64,000 nucleotides of DNA from Azolla caroliniana (GCA_043228905.1 JBHGNT010000003.1:22754001-22818000), one strand, 5' to 3'; positions 1-13,823 are shown, numbered from the stretch's first letter. Numbers and translations: made by a program. The notes: generated by a model not told the origin, from the letters alone.

Positions 1-199
1 AAATCTACCAATATGCATCTTTCTTTCATGCTTCTTGAGTAACACACACTACTTCAACACCATCTTCAATCACACTTGAGTTTGGTTTACCATATCTTCA
101 ACCCAAACTATCATTACACATTTATATCTCAATTGCAATGTGCAACCTAATCACAAGCTTCATTAAATTCTTCAGTGTCGAGAGTCATTAATAAACTCT

Positions 200-2800
200 G
201 CATAGGTCCTAGAAGTCATGTTTGACATCTCAATAAAATGTGGGCATTTCATGTTATTATTATAAATCACTTCACCCCAAGATGTGAAGCATCCAATGCC
301 ATTACATTGTGTCCTTGATGACATCAATCACCAAATGCACCAATCTCCCACCCTTAAAGTTTGTCGATGTAATTAGGTCTTAGGTACATATGAATGCCTT
401 TCATAGTAGAAACACAAACTTATGGAAGTTGCATAAATCATAGACATAGGCACTCCAGTCTCTTACTAGCGTCTATTATGAAAATCATTTACCATGTCAC
501 ACGTTATATTGTTTTATTGGCCACCAAAAAGGAAAATTTCTTCCATTATTTCGTTTATTCAATTATCATACCCTTTTTATTAAATCTTAAGCAAATAAGA
601 AAAACTTGAAATGAACTTTAAGGACTCTGGACTTAATATATGTATGTATGAATGTACGTACGTACGTATGTATGTATGTAATATATGCTCATTCAAATGT
701 ACATCAATTTCTTGACAATCATGAATGAGTTGAGTTGCATATAAGACAAGAAAAATGGTTCAAGTTTAGGTAAGTGGGGCATCAAACATGTCTCAATCTT
801 TGTGAAATCGTCACTCTTGTCTTTGACTTTTTTGTCTTTGTCTCTATCATTATCACTATTTACTAAAAACATTCTTGGTTGCATCTCTTGTAATGAATAT
901 TTCCTATGCATTTGTTGCATATCAATTAACATAGAATATGCTACTAAACAAACATATTGCAAATTAGTGGACAATTGCTCCAGCACATATTCTATCCGCA
1001 AGTTGATGCCACATTCTTAATAATATAATTGACATTGATTGTTAAGAGCACAACATGGCACGACTAAAATATCTAAATGGGCTTTTGGGAACTATATCGA
1101 CAACTAAAATGAGTTACTTTCATTTACAGATTTTGTCTTGGCTTGCAAAATGGGACAATATGTGACCTCGTAACTCCCTTTTGCTAATGGTTTATATCAA
1201 TCATTAACAAAGAAATTAGCATTTTATTCTAAAAACTTCCTAAACTATCATATATCTATTTTTGTTTCTCTAAGTAAGACATAATTATTTTTTATTTTGG
1301 AAATGTGCATGATTTCGATTATTTTATGTGTGCATTGTAGATGCATATCAAAGGATTAAAATATTGTATCCCTCCTATTGGTCATGAAAAATGGACAAAT
1401 CTTGCACTCTTTGAATATAAACTTTAGATAGAATAGATCTTGTTATAGAGAAGCATTGATTAATTAACCTACACCATTCTTCCTTATTAAGAGGAATTGA
1501 TTTTTGCAAACCTTTAGAAGTTGTTGCATTTTATTGGAGATCATTACAAGGTGGACACATGTTGATTCTTCTTTATCTATCACAACCAATGTACATCCAT
1601 TATAAATATGTATGGGAAATAGAATTTGTGAAGTATCACGTAAGTTGTTGCATTATAAAGTGGTGTAGTTTTTCAACCTATCCTCCTTTGATAGAAGCTA
1701 ATGTATCACATTTGATTGCATAAAATCTACTGTAAATTATCTTGCAGCTAAATGACAACAATATGCCATTAATTGGCGACAAAAATTTATTGGAGCATTT
1801 CATAAATAAAATCATAAAATATTAGTGATTACAAATTGTCAATTTTCAAATCCCATATGCACAAGGTAAAAAACACTTAAGGCAGAATACATTTTACATA
1901 AAATGAACCAAACATTCAAGTGCAAGTGGTCTCAAGCATAAGCTCATACTAATCACATAACGTATCAGAAGCTATAATTACCAAAAACATAGAACACAAC
2001 TTAATGAGAGCTATGAAAAGATGATTAGAAATTAAGTTCTAGATGCCCGTGAAGGAGGCACAATAACACTCATAAAGTGTGTTTAGGGGATAACCGAACC
2101 CACAATACAAATCCTTAAGACTTTATGTGGGATTTGCATCCTTGTTGACACCGACAAATGGCCATCAAGCATGAAACATGTGTTCTAGAAGAAGATTGAA
2201 ACACTCTTAATCCTCCTCTTGAACAAGAATCTTGACTCTAAATAGTGTATATTATAAGTCAACACGGCAATGTTAATCAAAGTACCTAGTAACAATATTA
2301 ATTTCATACAACGAATCAGATTAATAATCAGCTAAATTTAAGTAAGTCTTCAAACCTCACGAGGAATCCTTATTCCTATATTCTTTATAAATAAAAAGGT
2401 TAACTTTTTCTTTAAGATATGGATTATATTCTATGGTCTATTTATAAAGGAAAAGTGAATGCTTTAGGATTTAAATAATGAACCTTTTACATACTATTTG
2501 TACTTTGTCATACAAAATCACTCTGGAGTACACATAATAGAGCCCACAATGCCCTACATTTTGAGGAAGACCTCTCCTCTCCACACTTTTTTTGCAATCA
2601 AGCAATTGAGGGTTTCACGGCCATCCACCAATTCTTTGCCAAGCCATAGTTCAATGCACGTCTTACCTCACTTCTCCAAGTTTGACAAACTTGCCACTGT
2701 CTTTTAGGAGCATATACATATGCTCTTTATTGAAGCATTGAAGACAACCTAGAATATATCAACATTCTTCTTCTTTACCATTTCTCTCTACTTTGTGTCC
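200..2800 (-). mobile_element. Highly degenerate hAT-like (ZNF862-type) transposase relic; boundaries approximate
   Basis: Minus-strand fragments occur in the expected order: WLGKELVDGRETLNCLI (TTF Zn-finger-like), LKIDNL*SH, KICPFF (SPFF..DES-like), LQYVCLVAYS (HCxAH-like). Many stops and frameshifts; no TIRs identified. Confidence 0.35.
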
Positions 2801-3204
2801 ACGGCTTTGGTTTCTACAATTTCTCTTTAGCTTCTATGTAGCTAAAGTTAACACATTCCACCTATCGCGTTGTTTTATGTGTATGTGTGTCCAACTAGAA
2901 GAGACGGGTTTTCACTTTGGGAGCCAAAGCTTTGTCGTCCACCTCATATAAGGTAGAGACCACCTTAAGCACCCTTATCTATGGTACGAGTTGATCCCAA
3001 TAAATGGGTTATTGATTGATGGTCTTCAAGAAGTAGACTAAGCTAAAAGTTGGATTAGCAATTGTAAAGAACTAAGTTATGCGAGCATCTTGTCCTGTCG
3101 TGGGAGCTGACTTTATGTTGTGCCAGTTGTAGAGAACCCCTCATAGAAAGTCTAAGGTTTACGTTTGCCATACGATCCTTCTAAATGTAGGATGCATGGT
3201 CAAC

Positions 3205-3312
<108 letters not shown>

Positions 3313-3679
3313 AGTGGGTGACCATATTCCATTGTCACACACCCATTGTAAGTAGTGTTTTTTACACATATTTATTTATATAATTGTGTGTTTTTACCAA
3401 AGAGAGAGAGAGAGAGAGAGAGAATGGTATTTGAGAGTTTTGATCAAATGAGGGGCATATGGGGAATTTTGTGAAGGTGAGGGGTAGTTTCTGGGAATTC
3501 CGAATTTGTACTAAACTCGTACAATAATATCCTTCCTGTGCATAAAATCAACGTACGTAGTAGGGTCTACAAGAAGAGGCAACAGAGAGCACACACTGCT
3601 CTGTTTCTCCTTCTCCTATAAAGACACGCCCACACACAGACATGGCGGTGAGGATGATGATCGCCTACCTCTCCTTCTA

Positions 3680-4974
3680 ATGGAGAGAAGCATAGGATCT
3701 CAGAACCTGCCTTCGATGTCCAAATATGGCGATATACAATCCTTCCTTATGGCATCATCATCATCATCATCTTCTTCTTCTTCTTCTCCAATCGAAGGAT
3801 TAGCGGATTCATGGAAGCTTCCGGAGATCACAGTTACACAGAGGAATGGTTCATCCTGCCAGATCTATTCTCGTTTCTCTGTTCCTGTCCCTCCAGACGA
3901 TGTCTTTGATCTCATCATTGATCCAGAGAACAAACGCGTCTTCAAGAATATCAAGGTAACTCTATAATCTATTTTTTCTTTTCTTTTCTTTTGGCTTTTC
4001 TATTTCTTTTTTCTCCGTTTCTCTGTATACGTATTGCCAGAATTGGCCCCCTGAAGTTTTTAGTTATTTCTCCAAATGCCCCTGACTTTTCTCATTATTT
4101 CCCAAAATGCCATGGCTTGATCTCCCAAGCGAAACGAGAGAGAGAGAGAGAAATGTGAGTTGACTTGTCCTCGAAATTTCGCTATTTCACCAAATGCCCT
4201 TGGGCAAACCCTAGTAGAGTGAGAGAGAGCGAGAGAGAGGAAAAGGGAAATAATTGACCATATTATTGATTGAATAACACATATCCGTTCGGGAAATTAA
4301 TAGTGTGTCTCGGAAAACAACAAAAAGTCGAGGGGTTACATTCTGGGAACTATAAATGTATCCTTGTAGCGAACAAATTCTTGTCCTTATAATCATGGGA
4401 TGTTCGTCTTAATTTATGGGCTTAGACCAACTCATCGTGTTGTCTCTAGGAAGTTAAAAACCGGAAAGTTGTCCATGACGATGGAAACAAGCAAATCGTT
4501 GAAATGGAGCAAGTGGGAAGTATCTTCTCATCCCAACTCCGAGTGGAACAAAATCGTGAGCAACATACAGTCAGTTCTCTTCCCTTTTCACTACTCTCAC
4601 TATTGTTTAGTCCTACATTTTAATCTAGATCATGAATGTTTCATAAATATACTCATTTGCAGATGGTTTTCGACCTATTGAAACAAGGGACGATGAAGAA
4701 ATTCTCAGGTTCATGGAAGATAGATCCATTCAATGCTAGTTCTAGCGATGACAATTATAATCAAAGCCCTCTCAACATTGGCCAAATAGGATCCTTAATA
4801 ACATTCAATCAAGTTGTGGAACCAGCTATTGTGACCCCTTGGCCATTGAAAGGACTTGTAAAAGGTGTCACTACAAAGTTTATTAAAGAGTTATTGGGAG
4901 ATCTACAATGTGAATGTATGCATATAGCACGATCGAAGAGAAGTGACTGTAAGTTTGACCCAAAAGGTGGCTAG
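3680..4974 (+). CDS. DUF220 / polyketide cyclase-dehydrase (START/SRPBCC-fold) family protein, 3 exons (3680-3955, 4450-4569, 4663-4974), ~235 aa
   Basis: GT-AG phase-0 introns join VPPDDVFDLIIDPENKRVFKNIK | EVKNRKVVHDDGNKQIVEMEQ... | MVFDLLKQGTMKKFSGSWKIDP...VVEPAIVTPWPL, which are typical plant DUF220 motifs. TATA-like TATAAAG at ~3617. Same exon structure as the paralog at 45647-47491. Confidence 0.85.
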
Positions 4975-5299
4975 TCTCCTTGATATCGACACAAAAAAGT
5001 TACATGTATAATAGCATATTTTTGTGATTTATATTCTTTTTTAATGTTCATTCTTTCAGCTTTAATGGAAATAGGATCTATGGATGTCACTAGATAGTCG
5101 ATACATGATGTTTTACTACTCTTCTTTGATAATGTTGAATTTTAGGTTTTCACCCATATGTTTTAATTACAAGAGTGTTTGTCAAAACATGGAGAAGTGC
5201 ATAATAGGGTAACTAAATCTTTGAGCTAGGTATCATAGAGGCATGTTGAGCTATATTATGTTGTCCATTCTTTAGTTTATTGGATCATCCCATGTTCTA

Positions 5300-8200
5300 G
5301 TATATGCATGCGTTAGTATATTTGTGAAATATTAGAATATGGGCGTAAAGCTACAAACATGAAAGGATTGACCAACATTTTTCATGGAACATGTTTCCAA
5401 GAGAACTGTAATGTTGTAGCACATTTGCGTTAGGAAATGACACATTTGTGTAGCACATACAATTAACAAAATAGTTTTCAAACAAGAATACACAAGGTAA
5501 AGAAAACTTGTATTCTCTATTGTATCATCCACAAATATGCACATTTGAACACTATATATTATCTAAAGGGTCCATGAATGATGATGGCAAGAAAATGATC
5601 TAATGGGTAAATGTTGCATCCCCCTAGAAATGATTGTGAATGAGACCAAACCTTCAAAATGATTTTTGAAACTATATATTTGTATATGTTTGGAAACCAA
5701 AACAAAGATTGCTCTTGAGTTGATGGATAAAAGTTCTTGTTGATAGACAAGTGAATAATTGTTTCAGATCTTTTGCAACAAAAAGAGATGGGTTCACTAC
5801 AAGAGATTGAATTGTCTCCTTTTCTCTAGGATCCACACTTAGTTATCTCCACAAGAACCCCATTTGTTTGAGCAATATACTTCAAACCCAAAGTTTAATA
5901 AGTTTTTTTTTTCACCATGCGTTAGATTTGGTGATTTGTTATAAATAATTTCCATGAGCTTGTACTAGAGGAGGGGGAAGAATTTTGTAGATGTAATGAG
6001 CTACTAGTGCACTGTGCAACCATCTTAATTCATGTGTTTCCTCGATTCAATTGCCAGTAAGAAAAACCTATTTAATGCTTCTATTGGCTGCATGTGGGTA
6101 AATGAAGTTTATGACTATTGGTTTCTCTTGCATGTTCACACACAATGCTTCACTCAAGATTTAAGTCACCTTGTATTTTTGTTATCCTAGTCAAGGCCTC
6201 ACATATCAATGTGAGCCTATTGTGGACATCAAGACAGAATCCCTACATTTGATATGTGTTTTGTAGGGCCAAGTAATACACTACTCAATGATGAAAGATC
6301 TTAGGTCTTTTTCTTTCGTTTTTTCCAAAAAAAGATATTAGGTCTTGTATGAGTAGCGCGCTCCATCTTTGGTTAGAATATACTTTGACTCTATGTGTTA
6401 TTGATATGCATTATTTCTACATTGTTGAAATTCTTGAAATAATAAACTATGAAATCATATGGAATTCTTAGTGTGGCCTCTTGTTTGTACCGTTCATTCT
6501 ATGTAATTAAAGTTGCTGTAGTTTGATATTTTATATTCCAATATTGCCAAACATCCATTATACTCATGGACCTCCATATACTATCATTACCTAAACTATA
6601 GCTCAAATTTAATTTTCGAACAACTTATTTGCGAGTTTTGTTATGTTAGTTGTCCCTTCCTTCTTAGGTATCATACAAAATTCCAAATCTACCTTGTCAT
6701 TCTCTAACATCACATGCCACTAACCAATTTGGGGAGTTTATCTACTTGAGAGTTATGCCATGTATGTACAACTACCAATATGTATAATTTGTCCTTTACG
6801 CTAAAGTATTTCACTAATTTATTAGACAACTCTTTCATATGAAAATTTCCAATAACCAAGTTCCACATCTAACTCGAGCTAATTGCTAATTAAGAGAAAC
6901 ATGTGTACGTCTTTGAGGAATGGGCTTGAACTTTAGTGCCTTCGCCGCTTCCTCAATGTTTACCCTATACTCAACACGACGTCTCTTCTTTTCATATCTC
7001 TAAACTAGATGACCATTAACGAAGTTTCATATTATTCCTAAAACATTCCCCATATCCAAATAGTTTCATGGATATCCAACTTTCATATCATCATCTACTA
7101 CCACATAAATTTAGACATTGATGAACTCTTTGCATGCAAGAAAACCACTATGGGAGTTGGGTGGTTTGACAAGTAGTCAAAAGAGTAGAAAATCATGAAC
7201 TAAGATGGATCGTACAATGTTTTGTGTCATCTTTTTAAGTCGAGCTTTTTACATGGAAATAATAATGGCTAGTTTATATTAGATGTCTGCATTATAATGA
7301 CGATAAAATACGAACTACTTCTAAAGGTTGTGCTTATATATTTATTATCATTCCTTCTATCCAATCACATTAGTGAACACACCCTTACATATGCAAATAT
7401 TAGTGACCTACCCTCACCTATGTTATGTGTGCATAACATTTATTCAATGTCCCAGTGCACCCATCATTTCTTAAACATACCTCTATTGTTTTTTTAATTT
7501 CCTTAGAAGCTATGGTTCATGATACAATTGGAGAACAAATGATGTATTTCCTTGTTGTGTCAAATGATTTCTTACATTATGTATGTTATTCACTTAAAGT
7601 TGTAACTTATGGCAAAATTCCTCATTAAGTTTCCTTAGGATGTTAAAGAGAGATCTATTTGTCTTGTACTTATACTTTGAAAAAAGTTTGTGGTTGTCAT
7701 TTAGTCCTATAATGAATCTATCCCTCGATGTGATGGTTGTAAATGATGCATACTTTCGAGAATGATCTTATGAATAATACTTTTTATGTTTGACAATGAT
7801 CTCATGGGGAGAGAGAGCATTTTGGTAAGGTTTTCCGACAAAGACAAGAAGATGCAATTGTCACATAGTGCAAGTTGTCCGATTTGAACCCCAATGCTCA
7901 TAGGGGTTTAGTAAAAATACTACTTACCACTTGCATACAACCTCAACTTCATGAATGGATGATATTTTTGAACATTGGGGCAATTTAGGAATCTCATAGA
8001 AAATAATGGGTATTTGGGTAATGTCATATTATTTACATATACGGAAGTAATGAATGGGAAGGTAAAGGGTTCAAACTAAAAGGTACTACTAAAAACATCC
8101 CGTTCGTTAAGTATCCAACACTCAACACACTGGTTGTGGAGATTGTGTGCCAACAGGCGAAACCAAGCTCAACCAACTAGTGCTCAACCAACACACTGGT

Positions 8201-8300
8201 TGTGGAGATTGTACGAAAAAGGGGAATAAAACAAACCAAATAGGAAACAATGTAGGTCAATGGGCAACCTAGTGTCAAAGGGAGATGCTTGCATTGTAAA
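5300..8300 (-). mobile_element. Degenerate L1-type LINE relic; boundaries approximate
   Basis: Minus ORF 5559-5750 (KNFYPS...NIYKYIVSKII...SQSFLGGCNI) resembles the RT N-terminal motifs 'NxRPIxLLNxxYKIxxK...QxxFxxGRxI'. It is followed by CIFVDDT (YADD-like) at ~5540. Confidence 0.4.
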
Positions 8301-8564
8301 AAGCTATAAAAGCCACCTTTTGGTGACTTTTGTAGCTCTTCTTGATTCTTAGGATTTCTCCTTTCTATTAGTGCACTAAGAGCTCCTTTTCTATCTCCCT
8401 AATCCTTCATTGCAGTTAAGAGAGATCAGTGTTAAGAACTAAGTAAGCTGAACCCTAATCTCCTCTTCTTGTATGGTGCTAAACTTCTATATAATAGGAA
8501 GTGATGTTAATAATATATATCTTCTTATTCTCACATTCTTGTTTATGTGTAAGAGAGATTAAAG

Positions 8565-8566
<2 letters not shown>

Positions 8567-8633
<67 letters not shown>
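8567..8633. repeat. (GA)n microsatellite
   Basis: Pure GA run; 34 bp shorter in copy B. Confidence 0.97.
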
Positions 8634-8636
<3 letters not shown>

Positions 8637-8763
8637 AATAATAATAGGTAAAAACTAAGCAACATAGAACCTCGAAGGTGCTAGGGAGGATGGAAAGACT
8701 AAGAGGGACACAACGTAAGGAACTTAAAGACATCAAAAGTTTCCTCAAGTTGAAAGATTGGGA

Positions 8764-8905
8764 GAGTCGAAAGCTCCTAAGTGTCGAATGCTCAAGGAGT
8801 CAAAAGCTCTGAAGAGTCGATGCTTCAAGGAGTCAAAAGCTTGGAGAGTCGAAAGATCCTAAGAGTTGAAAGCTCTTAAGAGTGGAATGATCTGACTAGT
8901 CGAAG
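8764..8905. repeat. Degenerate ~17-bp minisatellite (GAGTCGAAAGCTCCTAA-like, ~8 units)
   Basis: Repeated GAGTC(G/A)AA(A)GCT cores are visible directly. Confidence 0.7.
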
Positions 8906-8999
8906 GGTGCAACGTGTTCCTCTGCTTTCCCCTCTCACTCTCGCATAGTAGACCAATGATAATTGTTTAAGATTAGCCTTGGAAACAAGAGATTAGCAT

Positions 9000-11544
9000 T
9001 GTTGAGAATCAAAATCAACTTCCCTAGTGTGGGAACACACCTTAGTAATACTCAAGTGTGTGAACACCACACCTCCTAGTATAGTAACTAGTGTGTCATA
9101 GAACTGTAAAGTTCTATGAATATTTAGTAGATAGTTAAGTCTCCACCTCTTTTGTTAGTGGTGGTTGTAGTGAGAGAACATAGAGAGAACGTGACTACAT
9201 AAGCACATTCTCCTCCTCTTTGTAACAATTGGTTCATTCTTACTCCTTGTTAACGAAGTTGAAAATGCAACCGATCGACATGTCTTATGCCTTTGATCTG
9301 ACGGCGGCAAGGATTATTTCTCCGATGCCTTCACAACATACCTTCAACAAGAAGGAATTCAATGGGAATTCACCTCTTGACACACACCTTAGCAAAACGG
9401 AGTAGTCAAGCGAAAGAACCGGCATATACTCAAGGTGGCAAGGGCAATGATGAATCAGAGACATCTGCCGAAATCTTACTGGGATGAAGTGGTGAACACG
9501 ATTGTCTATCTAATGAATCAATGCACGATATTACCCCCCACGAGAAGTTCTATGGAAAGAAGTTGGAGTTATCCCACGTAAGGATATTCACCTCTATCAC
9601 ATTCATACATATTCCCGATGGAAAGCGGGAAAAGCTGGATCCAAAATTGAATAAGTGTATCCTCGTGGGGTACTCGCTCAAACAAAAGGGGTATAAGTGT
9701 TTCAATTCCTCTACCATGAAGGTACGAGTGAGTAGGGATGTCGTATTCAATGAATCAACATCTTGGTACTCGGTCGACTCAGCTCCATCCGATCCAATCG
9801 AAACCAATTTCGATATAGACTCGGAGGAGAATGATCGACTAAGGCTCACACCAGAGGAGAGTTCAATCTCAACCAGATTGAGTGGACCGCAAGAGCCACT
9901 AAGCGACCATAGCACATTGCGGCCAAGTCCGAAATCAGACAAAGGAAAGGCTAAAATGCCTTAGTATGAAGACTCAGATGAAAACGAATCGGCTCACCAA
10001 CTTGACAATGAGTATGGTGGATTGGATGTGCCTATATGAGGACAATAGGAGCCAAGAAAGCGTTAACGAAGACAAGTGAACAACCACGTCGGTCCACCTG
10101 AGAAAAGAACGTAGTTAGCCGATTTGGCTACAACGACTACATTGCATATCATTATGCATTCATGATGAAGGTGGCGACAGTCTGAGAGCTGAAAAAAATT
10201 TCCGAGCCATGAAGGACCTGCGATTGGTTGGAACAATGAATGAGGAGATGCAAGCACTCTCCATAAACGAGACATGGAATCTCATCCCCTCTTCGCTCCA
10301 TCAAAAGGCAATAGGATGCCGATGGATATTCAAAGTGAAGCATAGTGCTGACGACACCGTTAATTAGTATAAGTCCCAGTTGGTGGCAAAAGAGTATTTG
10401 TAGACACATTGGGTCAATTACGAAGAGACCTTTGCCCTGGTGGTAAAGTTGACTACCATTCGAACCGTGATCATGCTTGCATCAGCAAAATAGTGGCACT
10501 TCCATCAGATGGCGTCAAGAATGCCTTTCTCCAAGGAGAATTAGATGAGGAGGTGTACATGGTACAACCACCCGGATTCAAGTTGAGTACGCATATGACT
10601 ACTGTCTGCCGACTTAAAAAGCCTCCCTACGGCCTCAAGCAAGCACCTAGAGCTTGACATTCGAAGATAACCCAATATCTTCATCAAATCAGCTTCAAAA
10701 TGTCCAAGTACTATGACAATTCTAGGTTCATTCAGAACGACTCCAGAGGACAACTATTCATCATAATTTATGTGAACGACTTGGTCATTGGAGGAGAACA
10801 CATCAAGGATATCGAACGTACCAAGACGCTACTCTCCGGACGATTCAAAATCAAAGACATGTAGGAGTTCCATTACTTTCTAGGGATAGAAGTAATTTGG
10901 ATTCCTGATGGCATCATGATCTCCTAGCGACACTATATCCTCAATCTTCTTTACAGGTTTGGGATGATAGTGTGTAAGCCTGTCGCTACCCCTCTCGATC
11001 GAAACCTAAAGCTAGATGCTGAGTCTGGCACAAAAGAGTGTGAGTCGGCAATAGACAGCTGGAGTAGACTTGAAGCCAACTCGAAGACCAGTCCGAACCA
11101 ACTATTCGGCGATTGGAAATTGCGTTTGAAGGGGTATGTTAAGAATCAAACACAACTTCCCTAATGCGGGAACACCTTAGTATACTCAAGTGTGTGAACA
11201 CCACACCTCTTAGTATAGTAACAATGTGTGTCATACAACTTTAAAGTTCTATGACACATATTTAGTATATAGTTAAGTCTCCATCTCTTTTGTTAGTGGT
11301 GGTTGTAGTGAGAGAACATGGAGAGAAGGTGACTACATAAGCACCTTCTCCTCCTCTTTGTAATTGTTGGTTCATTTTTACTCCTTGTTAATACAATTTT
11401 TTAATTGTTTTCTGTATATCGCGTGTTCTCTCTCTCTCATATTTGACCTCCAAAGACAATAATATAATCTATCCATCTATCTCTCGACTACACACACACA
11501 TACATACACCTTCTGCTGCACAGAATCACACTCGATTCTTTACA
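9000..11544 (+). mobile_element. Internally deleted, degenerate Ty1/copia LTR retrotransposon (element 1)
   Basis: TG...CA ends with 5-bp TSD AGCAT (8995-8999 / 11545-11549). The truncated 5' LTR (9000-~9255) is fused to integrase remnants. RT remnants ([27 protein letters not shown]). Purine tract precedes the 3' LTR (11137-11544). Confidence 0.93.
11437..11481 (+). mobile_element. Extremely 5'-truncated LINE 3' end inserted in a (TC)n tract of the element-1 3' LTR
   Basis: TCATATTTGACCTCCAAAGACAATAATATAATCTATCCATCTATC matches the 3' end of the LINE at 21688-21748 and is flanked by TC repeats. Confidence 0.75.
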
Positions 11545-13055
11545 AGCATAACAAACATAAGATTAAGGAGGGATAAACGAGATTAAGTTCCAAGAAGCCC
11601 TTTTTAAGCTGAAATCGTTGGATTAAGGAAAAAAAATCCTTTGTAAGATAGGATTACAAAGCTTCAGATGATTGATTACAATGGTGGCAACTAAAATTAA
11701 CCACTAAATAAGAAACGGAAAACACAAGGTAGGATAACGTTAGAAGCTTTCAGTGATGATGTGTTGGGTGGGTCACTGACTGCGATTACTTCCGATAGCT
11801 ATGATGTCTCAGTTCGAAGTAGTGTTATTGGCCACTCTATCCTCCCTTGGAATGGCCAATATGCATGCTAGTCGGATTCCCCCCCTTTTCATACCACCAT
11901 GCAATGAGCTCTGTGATGGTAGAGACCACGGCGACCACCTAAGAAGAGGTCGAGAAGCAGAAGTGGAGGGACAATATATCTTCATGTTAATCCGAGGTCA
12001 ACCTCCAAAATGCCGAGAAGATGAATGATGAGAGTGGAAAGCTCCTTCTCCTCCGAAAAGTCGAAAACCTAAACAAAAAGAAGAGTCGAAGAAGGCCAAA
12101 AACTCGCGAGAGAGCTTCATATGCTGAAAGACGAATGATGAGCATTCAAAGCTCCTCTTGCTCCAAAATGCCAAAACCTAGAAAACAAATCAGACAAAGA
12201 AACCCTACAAAGCCAAAAATGAGGGTGCCTTATTTGCGTTTAATGTATTTATTCCTCTTTTTCTTTGTTCCTTAAATCATGATAGAGAAGCTAACTCTAT
12301 ACTCCTTGAGCCAAGTGAACTGTTCATCGACGTTGTGCCATATAACACCCAATTACTTGGTCACAAGCTTTGCAAATAGTTGTTGTACTATGATGGGTGA
12401 TTTGTTCTGTGTATTATCTAAGGCAGTACATAAGTTCCCCAAATCCTCATACAATAGATGTGAAAAAATCACCATTAAAACATATCGTTCCACAAAATAT
12501 ACATTTAGGAGTGATTTGCATCACTGTGATCGCTACTTTCATGACAATCACAACTATAGCTAATATACAATTGTGACTCTTCCTCCTCATTTTCAAATAT
12601 ACCAATCAAAGCATTGTCATTATCTAAAACCAAATGGTGTCTCCAAATTATGTGCACTAAATCAAGTTCACCTTCAATCTAAGACACCTTCTAGACTTGG
12701 TAATTTCTCTTTTATTATGTCTATCGTTGACTTCCTTAAATGTCCAACTTTTCTTAGTGTATAGTCATATCCACCAGAGTTTTGCTCGCTTTGTCATCCT
12801 TGGTCCCATGTAAATGTTTCTTTATTGTGGATGGACAAACTATCAAGATCAACATTAGATGCTTGAAGTGGTGATTGAGAACCACACGAATATTGTATAG
12901 ACCATGTAAACAACATTTCCAAGGTCCAATTACCATCGATACAATTATTTTTAAAACCGAGATTTCATTACAATCCATAAAATGTAACAAATTCATATTA
13001 AATTATTTTTTTCGGGAAAAAAACTTTACAAATGAATTCAATACATTTTCATCAC

Positions 13056-13823
13056 AACTCAATACAATGTATTGAGTTCATGTGCACAGTTATTTATCTA
13101 TTTATTTATTTTAAATTTAGAAAAAAAAACTCTACACCAACTCAATACAATGTATCGAGTTCGTGTGTAAAGTTTTCAAAATCAAAACTCAAAGCACATG
13201 AACTCGATGCATTGTATCGAATTGTGATGAAAATAGAGAGTTTTCAACATCAATTCGATACAATGTATTGAGTTCATGTTTAAAGTTAAAAACGAATTAC
13301 ACTTTAAACATGAACTCGATATATTGTATTGAATTGATGTTGAAAACTCCCTATTTTCATCCAAACTCAATATATTGTATCGAGTTTAGGCTCCTGGGAC
13401 TTCAATTCGATACATATTATCGAGTTGGTGCACCTAGGAGCCTCAACTCGATACAATGTATCGAGTTAGGGCACCTATGAGCCTCAACTCGATACATTGT
13501 ATCGAGTTGGAAGGTCAACTCCATACATCGATACATTGTAACGAATTGAGGCTCCTAGGTGTATCGATGTATGGAGTTGACCTTCCAACTCGATACAATG
13601 TATCGAGTTGAGGCTCATAGGTGCCCTAACTCGATACAATGCATCCAATTGGGACTCCACTCGATACAATGTATCCAATTGGAAACCTAACTCGCTACAC
13701 TGTATCGAGTTGAGGCTCTTGGGACTTCAACTCAATACAATGAATCGAGTTGCAGTCCAAACTTCATACATTGTAACGAATTGAGGCTCCTAGGTGCACC
13801 AACTCGATACAATTTATTGAGTT
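13056..13823. repeat. Array of ~17 palindromic 23-bp repeats (consensus AACTCGATACAWTGTATCGAGTT) with variable spacers and nested long inverted repeats
   Basis: Units start near 13056, 13139, 13201, 13252, 13313, 13364, 13404, 13445, 13486, 13517, 13587, 13628, 13658, 13689, 13729, 13760 and 13801. Confidence 0.95.

Noticed and set aside
11801-12960. Short ORFs as host genes
   Set aside because: No recognisable domains; probably TE debris (weak minus-strand RT-like traces at 12300-12930).
13056-13823. CRISPR array
   Set aside because: Spacers vary from ~7 to 60 bp and are reused or inverted rather than unique; no cas genes; eukaryotic context.
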